Source: Octopus vulgaris
Lineage: Eukaryota
Assembly (NCBI GenBank): GCA_951406725.2
Contig: OX597819.1
Span: forward strand, 84,196,001 to 84,260,000
Reading direction: 5' to 3'
Length of the DNA: 64,000 nucleotides
Positions 30,001-45,000 of this stretch are shown piece by piece (position 1 is the stretch's first letter; every line of letters begins with the position of its first letter). Under the pieces are notes generated by a model that was given only the letters and a program-made list of their open reading frames with translations, searched no databases and was not told the DNA's origin. A program made the translations under genes and the position numbers.

Positions 30001-33000
30001 TTTAGTTATTAGAGAAGCATTACTATAGTCAAAAGAGGTTTTCAAGTGTGGAAAAGCACTATAGGTGAATGGTATGACTGTAGGAAGGAAAATACTGTAG
30101 TTGGAGGAAACAGATGTTACTGGAAAAATACTATAGTTAATAACTGATGCATTCATCATAGGGGAAATGCTATAATTAAATAGTATTGTTGTTATAGAAT
30201 AAATACTCTGGTTAACTGGTATAGTTATTAAAGGAAATATACTATGATTTAACATATTTGTTATAGGAATAACAGTGTGATTAACTGATGCAGTTGTTCC
30301 AGAAACAACACTATGTATAAATGATGTAAATCTTTCAAGGATTGTATATGGGCTATAAGTAAGTGTCAGTTTTTCAATAAATAATCTTTCTTTGGAGGAA
30401 AATAGTTTATCAGATGGTATTATTGTTGTAAGAACAGGGGTAAATGTAGATAAAACTAAAGTCTCATTAGTTAAATACATCTCTTCTGAAATACTTTGTT
30501 TTAGGTGAAACATTGAATACAAGCTCTTCATTTCTGATGTAATTTCTCTACTTATTTCAGTGCTTTTTGTAGAATATTTACTTAAAATATCATCTTTTAA
30601 ACTTAGCTTTAACAAAGGAAATTTTGATGTGTGTGTCACATTTTCTATTTCAAATGTTTTTGTAATATTTCCAAATACTGAGCTAGAAGTACTAGTAATT
30701 GATAGCACTTTAGTGCTGTCTTCAACTGGATATAGTATTACATTTATTGAATCACTCTCCTTTGAAATGATGCTTGTCTTTTCTTTAACATATATTGGGG
30801 ATTTAGTTGTTGTTGCCAATATATCAAAATGTTCTACCTCTTCCTTAGTACTCCACATCAGTAATGTACTTTTCATGGTAGGTTCAAATGGTCCTTTTAT
30901 GGAATGAAGTTTTATACCCTCTGTAATTTCAGGTTTTATTTTCAAAGTAATTATTGAATCTGTCACTTGACTGAATTGCAAAATTACACTTCCTGTGACT
31001 TGAGATTCAATATAAGCTATAGGAATGATACTTGTCTTTTCCTGAATTATTATCAAAGATGTTTCATCTTTTGCAGTAGCATCTAACTTGATCATTACCA
31101 ATTTCCCTGTTACATTTTTAAAACCAGTGTATATATAAGTTTCTTCAATCAAAAATGGTGTTTCACTTTTTATCCCTTGAGTGGAATGTTCTTGTTTAAC
31201 AGATATTAATTCAGTCTGTGACATCTCAGAAAAAGTAGATGGTTCAGAACTTCTGAGAAATGTTTTCTTTGAATAAGAACGTAAAGTTTTATCTGTGTCT
31301 GTTGGAAATTTGCTCCCACTTTCATTGAAATAATCTGGTCTAAATGTTACAAATAAATGAAGTGATAGTTTTGGTAAAATCAGTAGAGAGTCAATGCTTG
31401 TTTCATTGTAATCAAATGTTTCTTGTCTTTTCTGTTCAGCTGTAGAAAAACGTATGTTAATACTTCTTTGAGTAAATGAAATTATTTGGCTTTTGTCTGA
31501 TATAAATTCACTTTTTGATGTTCTGAAAGCATACCTGCTCAGAGGTAAAGAAGCATTTATTTTATATTTACTCTCTAAAATGGGTGTATGGGTTATTGTT
31601 GTTGTTTGATAAAATGTGGTAGTAAACAACTTTAAATTATCCATTATCCAATAGAAAGTTTTATTTCTCAGTAACTTTGTTTCATTTGTTTCATCTTCAA
31701 AGTATGGAGTAGATGTAGGAAATATATAAACATATTTCAATATAGTTGTAAAAGTTGCTACATAAAAAGATGATGATAATTCAGGTAGAATTGAAACAAT
31801 ATATACTTTCATTTCATCTTCTGGATATGTTGTAGCATTTGATAGAGGTATAATTTTACTTTCAATAGACTGTATAGTTAATCCATCATCGAAATATAAT
31901 GAAGTTCCATTAATACTCCAGGTAATATATCTTGTTTTATTCTCTAAGGAAGAGGCTATTGTATTTGTTTTAGTAATGTAAGAGTCATATAAAGGAGTTA
32001 TTACTGATATTTTGGAATGTAAATGTAGTAATGTCTTCATTCTACTACTAGAAATAACCATGTCTGAGATTCTTGAGGAAACACTACCAAGTTCATCCAT
32101 TTGTTGCTTTTCTTGACTAGGAATAGTGTTTGTTGTTAATTTATATTCCACTTGTGACAAGTCTGTAACTTCTTTAAATGTGAAAGATGGATGTATTAGT
32201 TTTTCTTTGTCTGTATAAGTCATCACTAAATTGGATGATATAACAATTATTTTAGATAATGGCATGGCATCTGTCCAGTTAGTATAATTATATATTACCA
32301 TGGAGTATCCCTTATCAATATATGAATGACCATCTAAATCCTTGAGCAGTAATGAGGTTATACCATAGCCTTTTTCTGGATAAATAGTAAAATATTTTGT
32401 TTCAAATGCAGTTGATGTTTTCATAGTTATTGCTTCAAGTCTTGCCGAAGCAAATGATGACTTCAATTGAAATGTTTCTAAATCTTTGCTGAAAGAGCTG
32501 GATCTTGCTTCTGAATGACGTTTTTCTTCTTCTGTTGATTGTAGTACAGGCAATGTTATTCTTTCCTTTAAGAAAATATAATTAGTGAATGTATAATTTT
32601 GTTGAAGTGTTGGTATTACCTGAAACTGGCCCTTTACAGTTCTTGACTTTTTTCTTTCCAAACTAAAACTATCAGTAACAATATCTGATGCTAAAGCTGT
32701 GAAAACTGCTGATTTTGTTGCAGGTAAAGAGGAAATCTGAAATTTTGTTGCTAAAGTTCTTTTTAATTCATCTGTCAGAATTGTTACTGAATGGTTAGTG
32801 TAGCAAGAAGCTGATAGTGAAGTTTTATTTAATTCAGACGGGATTGTGGATATATAAGTGATAGAGAATTTTGTTGTTGAATGTTCAGTCTCTTGCTTAC
32901 TAGATGTTTGGAAAGTCTGTAATTTAGAAAACATTGGTTTGAAATAAGATGTCATAAAATGTTTACTTGTTGGTAATTTTAATGTTGGTGTCACAGATAA

Positions 33001-36000
33001 TATCTCAATTTTCTTTCTTTTAAAAGGTGTTGAGAAAATCCCAGATACATAAAATTCTGTTTCTTGTTTGGTTCCATTTTTAACTTCCCTATATTTTTCT
33101 GGAATTTCTTTTTCTTTTTGAGTAGAAGGGAACTTTGTTACATACAGAAGTTTACTTGTATAAAATTCTGTTTCTTTTTTGGCAACTGTCAAATTTGACG
33201 TCATTTGCTCTTGCAATACAGTCAGATGTGTCTTTTGTTTTGGAGATACAAAACCCAATTTTCTACTTGGTGTTATTAAGATGTCTTTTTGCTGTTTAAA
33301 ATCAAAAGAATCAGTCATTTTAATGGTAGCTAGTTTGAAAGTTGTATTTGTCTTCCTATGGCTATATGTTGTTAAGGTGAATTTATCTGTTATATCATTC
33401 TGAATTAAGGTTTCCAATTTATCTGTATACATTATGTCACTTGCTGACACAACTAAATAATCCATTTCAGCAGTTGATATACTTGTAAATCCTTTCCACA
33501 TAACTGTTCTTAGCTTTTCAATATCAGAGTCATAAATTAGGACAGAAATATAAGAACTGGATTCAGCTTTAGCAGTTGTTAACATATTTGTTTGATCATC
33601 ATAAAAGTAGTCAGGAACTATAGTTTGCTCCAAACTCAAGACGAAAGTTGTTTCAAATGAAACTGGACCCGTTGCTAAGAACTTTATGATTGCTTTTAAA
33701 CTGCCTGCTGTTATTTTATGAAGTGTTACCTCTTTTGTAAAGATCGTTACATTTGTTGTATTTGGTATTACAGACATAGTGTCATATGATATTATAGTGG
33801 CACTACTATCGCTGGTTACAATTGTTGCATCTAGAGTTTCAGTGGTTGCTCTTTCTATTTGTGTAGGTTGTGAAGTTGTAGTTGTTGAATTTAGTATTTC
33901 TGTACCTATGTGTAATGTAAGATTTGTTGTATGTAAGGCTATACTCATTCTATACTGTGTTGAACTGATTGTGTTTTGAACTGTGATATTTGTACTTGAA
34001 GTCACAGTTGTGTTGTACAGTGTTTTACTCTCTGGATATGCAATGATCGTTTGTAATGTCGTTCTGTTAAATAATGTTACCTTGCTTAGGTGTAATATTA
34101 CAGAGACTGGCTGATGTAGTGCTGGAGTAGTATCTAGTATTGTAGTTGACTTGTATAGAGATGCATCTAGCATTTTAACCATAGTATATGGAGTAACATT
34201 CAGTATATAAAGTGTATCAGTAGGAGAAGTAGTATGCTGAGGTATAGTCAATGCATCCAATACATCATCAGTAGAATGTGGAGAAGATAGTATGTACATT
34301 ACTACAGTAGTAGTATGTAGCGCTGATCTCTGTACTTTGGTAACAGTATATGTATCAGCAGTTAATATATGTAGCATATTATCAGTTGTAGTTTGTTGAG
34401 GTGCAGTCTGCACATATGATGTTGCAGTAATTAAATGTACAGATACACTTGAACTGCTTTTATATGCAGTAATTTCAAGTACTTTTATGAATCTGGAAAA
34501 TGTAGTCACAGAATATGTTGGTACAGTATCTCTATAATGAAGTGAAGGTTTTGTATCTAAGGACACCAAAGGAGTAAATAGTGTTGTAGTTGTGTTTAGT
34601 GATGTAACAATACTAGTATCTAGTACTACATTTGTTGCCCACAGTGCTGTGCTGATGTCTTTTGAAATTCTACTCATCATATATCGAACTGCAGCAACTG
34701 AATGCACTGTTTCGTTTTTACTATGTCCAGTTGAAGTTATTGTAGCTAATGAACAAAGTGGGACTGTACTCTCTGTCTGGATTTCTAATGTAGTTGTCTG
34801 CAATGTTGCAGTTATGTTTTGTGGTCTTGAAATCATTGTATAGATTGTGGAATTAATTGAATGCAATGTTGTAAAAGTTTTGTGCAATATTACATCAGGT
34901 TTCTGTAAGACTGCAGTAATTTTATCTGTCGTAGAGGTATAGTATGCCGTATCTACTCCTACATGGTGTATATATTGAGTTATAGATGTAGATGTAGCAT
35001 ATTGACTTGGAGATGTTTTACGTGATGCAACACTTGCTTTATGTAGAGATGCAATTGTGCCATTCGGGGATAAGGTTATATCAGTTGTGTTATGTGGTGT
35101 AACAGTTGTGATAAATAACATTACAGTTGTGTCATGTAATGTTACAGTTGTTTTAAGTGGAGTTACAGTTATGTTAAATAGTGTTACAGTTGTGTTACGT
35201 GGTGCTACAGTTGTGTTATATGGTGTTACAGTTGTGTTGTGTGGTGTTGAAGTTGTTTTAAGTGATGTTACAGTTATGCTAAGTGGAGTTACAGTTATAT
35301 TCAGTGGTGTTACAGTTATGAAATGTGGTGTTACAGTTGTGTTAAATGGTATTACAGGTATGCTATGTGGTGTTATAGTTATGTTATGTGGTTTTACAGT
35401 TGTGTTATGTGATGTTACAGTTGTGTTAAATAGCGTTATTGTTATGTAATGTGGTATAACAGTTATATTATGTGTCACAGTTGTGTTATGTGGTGTTACA
35501 GTTGTATTATGTGGTGTTACAGTTATATTATCTGGTGTTACAGTTGTGTTAAGTGATGTTACAGTCGTGTTAAGTGGTGTTATAGCCTTGTAATCTGGTG
35601 TAACAGTTGTGTTATGTGATACTATAGTTATGTTATGTGTTGTTGCTGTGTCATGTGGTATAACAGTTGTATTAAGTGGTGTTACAGTTATTTTATGTGC
35701 TGTCACAGTTATGGTATATGGTGCTACGGTTGTGTTAAGTGGTGTTACAGTTATGTTATGCAATATTAAAATTGTCTTCTCAATTATTTCAGTTCTGATA
35801 TACGGAGTTATTGTGCTATTTATACTCTCAGTGGCTGTATATGCTGTTTCATTGAGAATATGCGATAATATAGAATCATGTTTTTGTAGTATAGCTGTAG
35901 TATATGTTGAGTCAGTTGTAGAATTTGATAAAATACTGATTCCAAGTGGCAATATAGATGTATCATTAGGAATTGTAGCAGTTGTATATGGAATTGGAGT

Positions 36001-39000
36001 GGGAGTCTGTAGAATTGTGGTGGTTGAGTGGAAAATCTCAACGGTAGTATAAGATGTGGTGGTTGTATATGATTCTATATGGATAATGTTTGCTGCAGTA
36101 AAAGTAATATATGGATTCACTGTAGTGTGCGGCAGTTTAGTAGTTGTATATGATACTGTTGTGATAGTATGTGGTACTGTAATAACACGCTGTTCTTTAA
36201 AATACTCCTCTTCTGTTATTTTAGATGTAAATTGTAAAACAGAGGGTGTAAATTCTGTTGTCAATGTATACAGTTCTGTTTTACTTTGAAGGAAACTTCT
36301 ATAAGATTGTCTTCTTGATACAATTGCTTGATGTAAAGTAGATATTAACCCTTTTCTTGTATATTTACAAGTTTCTCTTGTAGTGAATGGCATAAAAGGA
36401 TCATGAAACCCAGAATCTTTCTGTGTCTGATTCTGGAAGGAAGAAGTATTTTCTTTTGCAATGACAAGTGTTGGTATAAGTAGAGTATTTATTAATAAGG
36501 AATCAAACATGTTTTGTTCTGTATTTAAATGCAGAATATCCTTTATATCAATTTGTTCCATGGTTTGGTTTGGCGTTGTTGTCTTATCTGTTACCTTTGT
36601 ATAGGTATCCTTCACTGTCTCTGATTTAAGTTTAAATGGATAACTCAGTCCATCCTTTTTATGTTCCTTTTGAGATGTTTTTTTAAAACTTCTTGTGGAA
36701 GTGATGACCGGTATTGAAACAGTGTACTTTTTTCTGATACTAACTGTTTGCAAGCTCAGAAAGATAGTTTCTATTAATGGTAATTTATCTACATGGATTC
36801 TTGTGGTGGTGGTTCTGTGGGTAACAGGTATCACTTTTTTTTCAAAAGTAGAGAATAAAAATTTTTCTTGTGATTTAAAATGATCAGTTGATATTTCAGG
36901 TGATTCAGAATGAAATAAGGAGGTTTCTAATCTTTCAGGGAATGAACTTAGCGTTATTTCTGTTTTGTTTTTAAGAATGATTCTACTTTCTAAAATTGGT
37001 GTCATACCAAGTACCATCAGATTACTATAGTTTTTATCTTCCATATGAGGAACAATAAAATATGTTGTCGTTACTGTTTCTGTATCATTTTTCTTTGAAA
37101 TTACTTCAAGGCTTGTTTTATATGATACTCCAGGTGAATCTTTTAATGTATGAAAAGTAGAAATTAATTTGGTCTTTGCTTTTAAATACAACATTGATAT
37201 TTCACTGCTTTCTGTAGATGAAGCCATTTTATCAGCTTCAGTAGTTTTCATTCTGATATCAGTTTTTATTTGGGATCTGGCTATAATTATTTTGGATATC
37301 TCTGTTTCCTTAAAATATTTAACCACATTATCAGTAGTATCAATAATGTCAATTGATGCTTCTGCTGGTTTTTGCAATGTTTGTATTGTATCATTGCTTC
37401 CATAAATGCCAATGTCAGATACATTTGTAATGTTGATACCAAATACCATATCAGTTGTTAATGGTATATGAAGTATATGAACTATACCCCATGTATTCTC
37501 AGTTGTTTCTGTAATATCTTTAGAGTATGGAATTATAGTTACTTTATCAAAAATAGCTGCTGTGTAACTACCCAACATATAAATGCTTTGGTTAAAAAGC
37601 AAAGTAGCAAAAGATATGTTAAAGGATATATTTGGTATTGTTACATCTTTGCTCTTAGGATATATGACTTCATATAAGTCACAACATGTACTCTTTATAG
37701 CAACAAGACTAAGCTGAGGCTCAGTTTTAGGTGTGGCAAATTTAGTTTGAAATCTGTCAATTATTACCTCATGTGTACTTATTATTTGGTCGTAACTGTC
37801 AACATCTTGTCTATAAAAGTATATTAATGGACTTCCAGTAATTTGTTTCTTAAATGACAAGATTTCTGTATATATTTTCCTCAAAATAATACTTGGTGTT
37901 ATAATTTCAGTAATTGTATCTTGTAGCATAGTGTCTACGATTTTACTCAATTGAGAATCATTCTTGTAACTTGTATAGAAGACAGGCTTCTTAGTTAATT
38001 TTTCAAGAGGAAAAATTGTGCCAGATCTTAATCCATGTATTATTATTTCAGCATTTTCACTTGATGTGTCACTAGTATTAGCAGTAATATTTGATATAGC
38101 TAACCTAACTGTTGCCTGAACATCTTTCCACAATAGGAAATGGCTACTTTTCACAGTTGAATAGCTGTCATCTAATTTAAATGGACTTACAGTATATCCC
38201 ACAAAATATTTCCTTTTAATGCTGGTAGTGGTAACTATATCAAAATGATATGACGAAAATATCAGAGTAGAGAATTTTTTACTAAAGACAGTAGAGTAAA
38301 ATCCAGTTTGTCTTGCAGATTGCTTTGGCATGATCTTGGATGATTCTTCAATGATCTTTTTCTTACTGGTTACATTTGAATTCTGAATAGACTGTTGATG
38401 AATGTCATCATAAAAATTAGTAATAAGCATGCTTACTCTCTTGCTTAAATGTGGTATAACATCTAGCTTTGTTAACACACTACTTGAAATATTATGTGTC
38501 ATATACATATAACCATGAGTAATTGGTTTACTGATTACTTCAGTCGTATACACATCAGCATCTATGTACAGGCTTCCAGCAGGTGCATCTATGAGGATTC
38601 TGCTATCAGAAAGTGTTGTTTGCATTTCAGAAATATCTTTGCTACTCTTTTCAGTTTCTTCATCATGAGATTTCATCAAAATAGGTAACTTTATTGTGGT
38701 TGTCAAAAATGATTCTTCTTGTTGAATATAATATTTTGAAATAGAAATATTTTTAATGATAAATACTGGTGTAGTTGTTGTTGTTGTTGTTATATATAAT
38801 CCAGACATTTTTTCTTGGGTGTATGTTATATTAAAGTAGTCAGTTTTAGAATAAGGTAAGCTTGTAAAATACCTAATTCCAAATTGCCATATATATTCTA
38901 TGCCGGTAACATTATCTTCATAAGCTCTGGATGTAATTATTTCTTTTAAGAAAGCTATATTTGAAACACTTATTGCTGGTTTCTCAGAAATAGTTTCTTC

Positions 39001-42000
39001 TGAAATTTGATTAATGAATGCCAGAGTGGTTATTATGTCAAGCATATCTATATCTTTCTTAGTTGTTGATTTTATTATATCTTTGGCAACAGCAAATGTT
39101 TCCAAAGAAAACTCTAAATCAGTTGTAGTACTTTCAGGGATGGTTAAATTTGTTTGATTAGTATATATCATATCTGCTGGAATGACAGTTCTTAGAGTTG
39201 GCTCCAGCTCACTAAATTTCTTGCTTATCTTTTTTGCTCTTTTTGTAATTGTCATATCACCAGTAGTGTTTTTGATAATCATTGTGAAACTAAGTTCAGT
39301 ACTGATTACTTGTGCTTTAGGTTTAAAACTAATGTGTTTTGAAAAATATTTCGTATCTGACTCATTTAGATATATTAAAGGTTTCATTTTACTTGTTACC
39401 AAAATATTTTCAGTAGATATTGCAACAACAAGACTAGGCACATAGGTACTTATATCTTCTTGCAAATCAGGGTACTGAGAAGAAATACTGAATTCCTTTG
39501 TAGGAAAGGTTATGGTTTCAATCTTAACAAAAAAAGTTGTGCTTAAATCCTTTGATAGCATTACAGATTTATTCAAACTATCTATTGGACCAGCTGAAGT
39601 AATTTTTGTATGAAGTGATTTTTTCAATATATGGGAAACTGTTTTCCTTGTAGTGTTTTTCAAAATATGTCTGACATCATATATATTTGTAAAGAAAGTT
39701 TCTGTTATCATTTCAGGGTATGTAGATAGAGTGATGAATGTTATTTGAGTTACTTCCTCTGAAATAACTTTAGATAATGTATATATTTTCATAGATATTG
39801 ATGTAAAGATTACAGGGGTAGATTTCTGCTCTATGGCTTCTTTCAAATATATTAATTTACGTTTATCTAATTCAACTGGTGTAGCAGTATACTTTATTAT
39901 TTTACTATCACTTTGTTCATCAATGGTTGTTCTGGAGGTCCTGGTAAAATATTCGGTAGTGTTTGAAGTAGTGTTAATAAAAATTAATGTCTTCATATCT
40001 GTTGAATACAATCCAATTACAATAGCAGGTAATTGTACTGAATCTGTGAGCATGGATGTAAGATTTCCCTGCAAAGTTGATATGAAATCTGCAAATCCTT
40101 TTGCTGAATATGTAGTATGATATTTGCTTTGCAAACCTTTATTTTGAAGTAATTTCTGTTCATGCATTAATGCTTTAGAACTTGAAGCAACATCTAGTAA
40201 CATGCTTTCTGTTGATGTGAAAAAAATTATTGATGTAATAAAGAAAGACTCAGTTGCTGATTTGGCATCACTTACAAAAGCTACCTCGGGTCTATAGAAT
40301 GTGGTTGCTAATGTTGATATTTCAAATTGAGTAACAATGCCTGTAACTTGCAATACCGTTATTATGTCAGTTACATTTTGAATTGTTGTATAACTTGGTA
40401 TTTCTTCTAAAGCTAGTTTATGTTCTAAAGAATGTCTTATGATGCTTCTAGGTGTTGATTCAGTTAAAATGTCACTCTTTATGCTACTTTCATTGACTAC
40501 TCTAGTCTTTATTTTGCTTGTGAATGTAAATATTTCAGAATCTTTTTGGTATATTGAAACATTTTTTTCATGCGTTTCATAATCAACTTCTATTTCTGCT
40601 ACTACAGTAGTTTGCTCTGAGCCTGTGCTAATGCTTATTTTATCAAGTTCTGATAAAAATCCTTGTCTTCCTTTAGGAGAAAGTATAGTTACAATCAATT
40701 TAGTAATATTTGATAAACTTGGGACTTGAGAAAGCCTTTTCAGTTTTGCAAAAGCATCATCTTTGCTATAATCTAAAGTGACCGCTAAAGGTAAAGTTGA
40801 CATGAAAATATGAGGTGAAATAGTGTGGTCTCTTTTATCTTTAAATGCATCAAGCATTATAGTAAAACTACTTAAAGGTAATTTACTTGTTTTAATTTTA
40901 GTGGATAATAATTGTTGAGGCCTTTTTGAAATTGAAGTGTCCTCCAAATTAAGTCTATATGTGTAAATTTCCTCAGTAGAAGTTTTTGCTCTTGAGCCAG
41001 ATGGAAGTAAGGCAAAATAATCCTTATGGCTGAAAGGCACAGTAGCTGAAATTGACTCCAATTGAACCTGCGTAATAAAATCTGACTTTTGAGTGAATTT
41101 TATTTCTCTTTGAAAACTTTCTCTAAACAAAGAAGATTCTTGAAATGCTTGGCTTGTTACCAAAATGTAACCAATTACTTCAGAAGAGGTTTGAAGTAAT
41201 GATTCTGAATAAATTTTGTCTAAAATATAAAATGTTTTCCCTGTTTTATGGAAGCTAGTTATTTCCTTGTAAGTATAGTGTGTGACTTTCTCAGAAGTAT
41301 CATCTAAAGACCAAATTACATAATCAGTACTTGTTCTCTTTACCACTTTGGTTTCAGGAAATGTCAGGAATTGTACATCTGTTGTCAAAATACTTCTTTC
41401 ATTAATGTCAGCAAAAGTTTCAGATACATTTCTACTTGTTTCATACTTGATTGTTAAATTTGGATATTTTGGTTCTACACTAAATATTGGTTTGATTAAT
41501 AAATAGTTGCTTGTACTTTCAGTAGTAATAGCACTTGGTTTTGAAGAAACTAATGTACTGAAAGGAAGTTTACTAATTTGACTAGCATTAGTTTCAGTAG
41601 TTGAACCTATTACTTTTATTTTAGAGGTTTGACTAAACACAAAAGTAGAATCAGTACTTTTAATCAATTGGGCAAATGAAAGAGAAACACTAGTTTGATT
41701 AGGATATCTAGATAACAAAGAAGTTATATTATAAAGTAAGTGTGGTAAGAACGAAACTTCACTGCTTGACTCTTTAAAATATTGAACTGTTTTAAATGGT
41801 AAAGTATCGGAGGAATCTGTTGTAAAGTATTGGCTTGTTGAAAAATCATAATAATCTAATATAAATATTGTATTTACTTTATGCCTGTGATCTTTAGATA
41901 TTAAACCATAATCAAACTTTTGAAAGGATTGTGTAACCGTGTGATGTGATACTGATTTGATTTTTAACTCACTTTCTTCAATTGAAGAAAATACTTTTGA

Positions 42001-45000
42001 TGAAACTGTAGTTTGAGTTGTAATAAAAGTAATCATACTGTCAAAATAGGTGTTAGAATAAGCTATAAATGAAATCAATAATTGAGTTGTTTTTTTAGTT
42101 TTTGGTAATTTGTAAATTAGTTTTAGTGTAGAAACTTCTAACAATTTATACCATTCAGTTTCAGTATCATCTGTAATAGACTGTTCTTCTTTGATAAAGT
42201 AACTTCTGGTTACTCTGAATAAATCACTGGTGACTGGTTTGTCAGTTTGGTTTTTCAGTTTTGAAACCTCTCCCAATTTCCAAGCTGATGTGGTGGTAAA
42301 ATGCATCCAGGCTGGCATTACATATTTTCCATAACTATATGGTTTTGATGAAATAGAGTCAAGATTTTCTTCTAGTACTTGCTTGGTTGTAACATCAAAT
42401 GAAAGTTGATGTGTCTGAAGTAAATGCCTAGTTTCATGATAGATTGTTTTTTCCTCAAGTATTGTTTGAATTGGGTATATTGTTACTAAAATATCTTTAT
42501 CCATTTTTTGAGAAGGTGTTTCAACTAGTAGGCTGGTTCTTTCTGATATCCCCTGGGATAGATCTGTTGTGAACAAGATATCTTCAGATGTTTCAATGAA
42601 CGATGATCTCATTTGTATGCTAATGCCTTCTGATACCTGTTGGAATGAAGTTGCGGTCAACAGAATATCTTCAGGCGTTTCAAGAATTTGTGGTTTAGTG
42701 AAGAGCTTGGTGCTTTCTGATAGATTTTGAGATGATGATACAGCAAACAGAAATCCTTTAGATGTTTCTTGAGGAGAAAACACCCTTGGTTGACTAACTA
42801 CAGATATTTCTTGCATGACTGTTACCAATAATGTTCTATTTTCTAATAACTTTTGAAATGATGGTGTATATAGTAGATTATTATCAACTATCTCAGGTTT
42901 TGAAAATAAATATTTTATGTGTGAAATATTGTTTGTCTTATTTATTAACCTGTCATCAAAACTAAATCCTGATAAAACAGTAGTTACTTCTTTACCAACT
43001 GGAAACACAAAATGCAGACTTTTTGAAGTAGATTTTTCTTCTAATTTGTACATATATGCAGATATAAAAGCTTTTCCTAATTTCTGTTCATTTGTCCAGT
43101 GAGAAAATGCTGTTATAGAAGCATTCATGAAGTCAGTTGTCATTGTGATTTGGTGCAAAGATGTTATAGTTGAAGGTTGGAATGATCTGTAATAAAAGCT
43201 AGAATCAGTTATGGGTGTAATGGAAAGTTGACTAGGATTAGTCAGAAAAGTTTGTCTTGATATGATCAATTTAATAGGTGTTGAAGATGAAATTTTTAAA
43301 ACCTTTTCATCACTTGGGTCTATAATTGTTTCAATAAATTCCATAGTTGTAGATGTTGTTTCTTTGTCAGATGTAAAGTTTAATTTTGGAAGTCTACTAT
43401 CAGTTCTATTACTTAGCTGAATTGACAGCATATTTGTTGACATGATGTCTCCCACATAGAAGAATGGAATCAATTTAACATTACTGAAGTAGGATACTAT
43501 ATCATAGGATTCACTGTAAGTTGGTTTCACACTTGTTAATGTTTTTTCTGTTTTTGAGATGGGTTGATTATAAAATGTAACGTCAGTGGTCGATTGGATT
43601 ATTGGCAAACTTGAGGTCTTTTCTCTTTGCTTTAATTTCAGTTCAAATGTAACTATATATGAGGCAGTAGCAGTGACGGGAGATAGAGTAATGATTGTTG
43701 GGAGAGGAGTATTGGATAGAGAGGTAATAGGAAATAACTTGAGAGGAGTAAGAGAAACTGAAAATCCATGAAGAGAAGTCTGACTTACTTTTGTAGTATA
43801 AAGATATAAATTTAACCCATACATTTCAGAGAAACTTGCAGTTCTTTGCCATTGTCTTGTTACTTCCCTTAATGTCCATATTTTCATTGGAGTCTGCATT
43901 TCTAACACAGAAGCCATTTGTTCAGAGCTAGTTCTATTTGTAACAGTTGTTACTGACACATATGGTATTCTCCTCATTCTTTTTGTTACTTGCTTAAAAT
44001 AAGTTTTTGGTGAAACTAATGAAGAAAAGTTTAGTTTTGGCATAACAGTCATAGAAATGCCTTTCTGCCAGGAATCTATTGATGTATTTAGAATTGACAT
44101 CTTTGAAGGCACTAAACTAACCAAGTCTGTCATAGATGTTCGATTTGAGAAAAGATGTTTAAGATCTATCTTAATTTTAGTTTTTATAGGCTGCAGGAGA
44201 AATGTAGAGTTAAAAAGCTTGGTATCATAATCAATGTAAGGTGTGAGTGTTTTCTGTGTTGGAATAAAAGGTAAAGTTGTAATCTGAATTTTAACATCTG
44301 ATAAGTTTAGTTGTGGACTGGAATCATACTCCATCTTGGGTGTGCTCAAAAGAGTTAGTTTTGATGATATATTTGTAAAGGGTTGGAAGTACTGTAAATG
44401 AAAGGTTGTTTTGTCTACCTTATAGATGTAAGATTGCTCCCATCTATATTTTGACACAAATGATTTTTCCAAGACATATTGACTACTAAGTGGTTTCATC
44501 ACAGAGGTCACCGAAATAAGAGAAATGTCGGGGGTGATATGCATTGTTATGCTAAAAATCACTCTTTCAGTTGTGATTGATTTATCAGCTAAGTCCAAGG
44601 TAGTTTTTAACGATTTCTTTTGGGCAACAATTGTACTTTCTGTTACGGATTTCTTTGTAATAGATTCTAAAGTAAAAGATTCTGAAATATGAAAAGATAA
44701 ACTTGTATTCTGAACAAAATCTAGAGATTTTCTTATGAACCTTTCATTAGCAACAGTTGGGACTAGAATTAGTGTTTCATTGCTTGTATTTGACATTTGA
44801 TAAATATGTCTTGGTCTATGTGACTGAATCATTTTAGGTGACCCTGTGTTGTATAGTAATACATTCCACATGAATTTGGTGGGTAATTCAGTTATATTTA
44901 CTGAGTCACCAATTAAATATGTTGTTTTGATTTCTGTATTGTGCTTTAACAAAAATTCAGGTATAGCTTTAGTTAATAAATGAGTCGTGTTACTGACTAT

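Noticed and set aside
38770-38790. (GTT)n microsatellite
   Set aside because: It is only a seven-residue poly-Thr run within the ORF.
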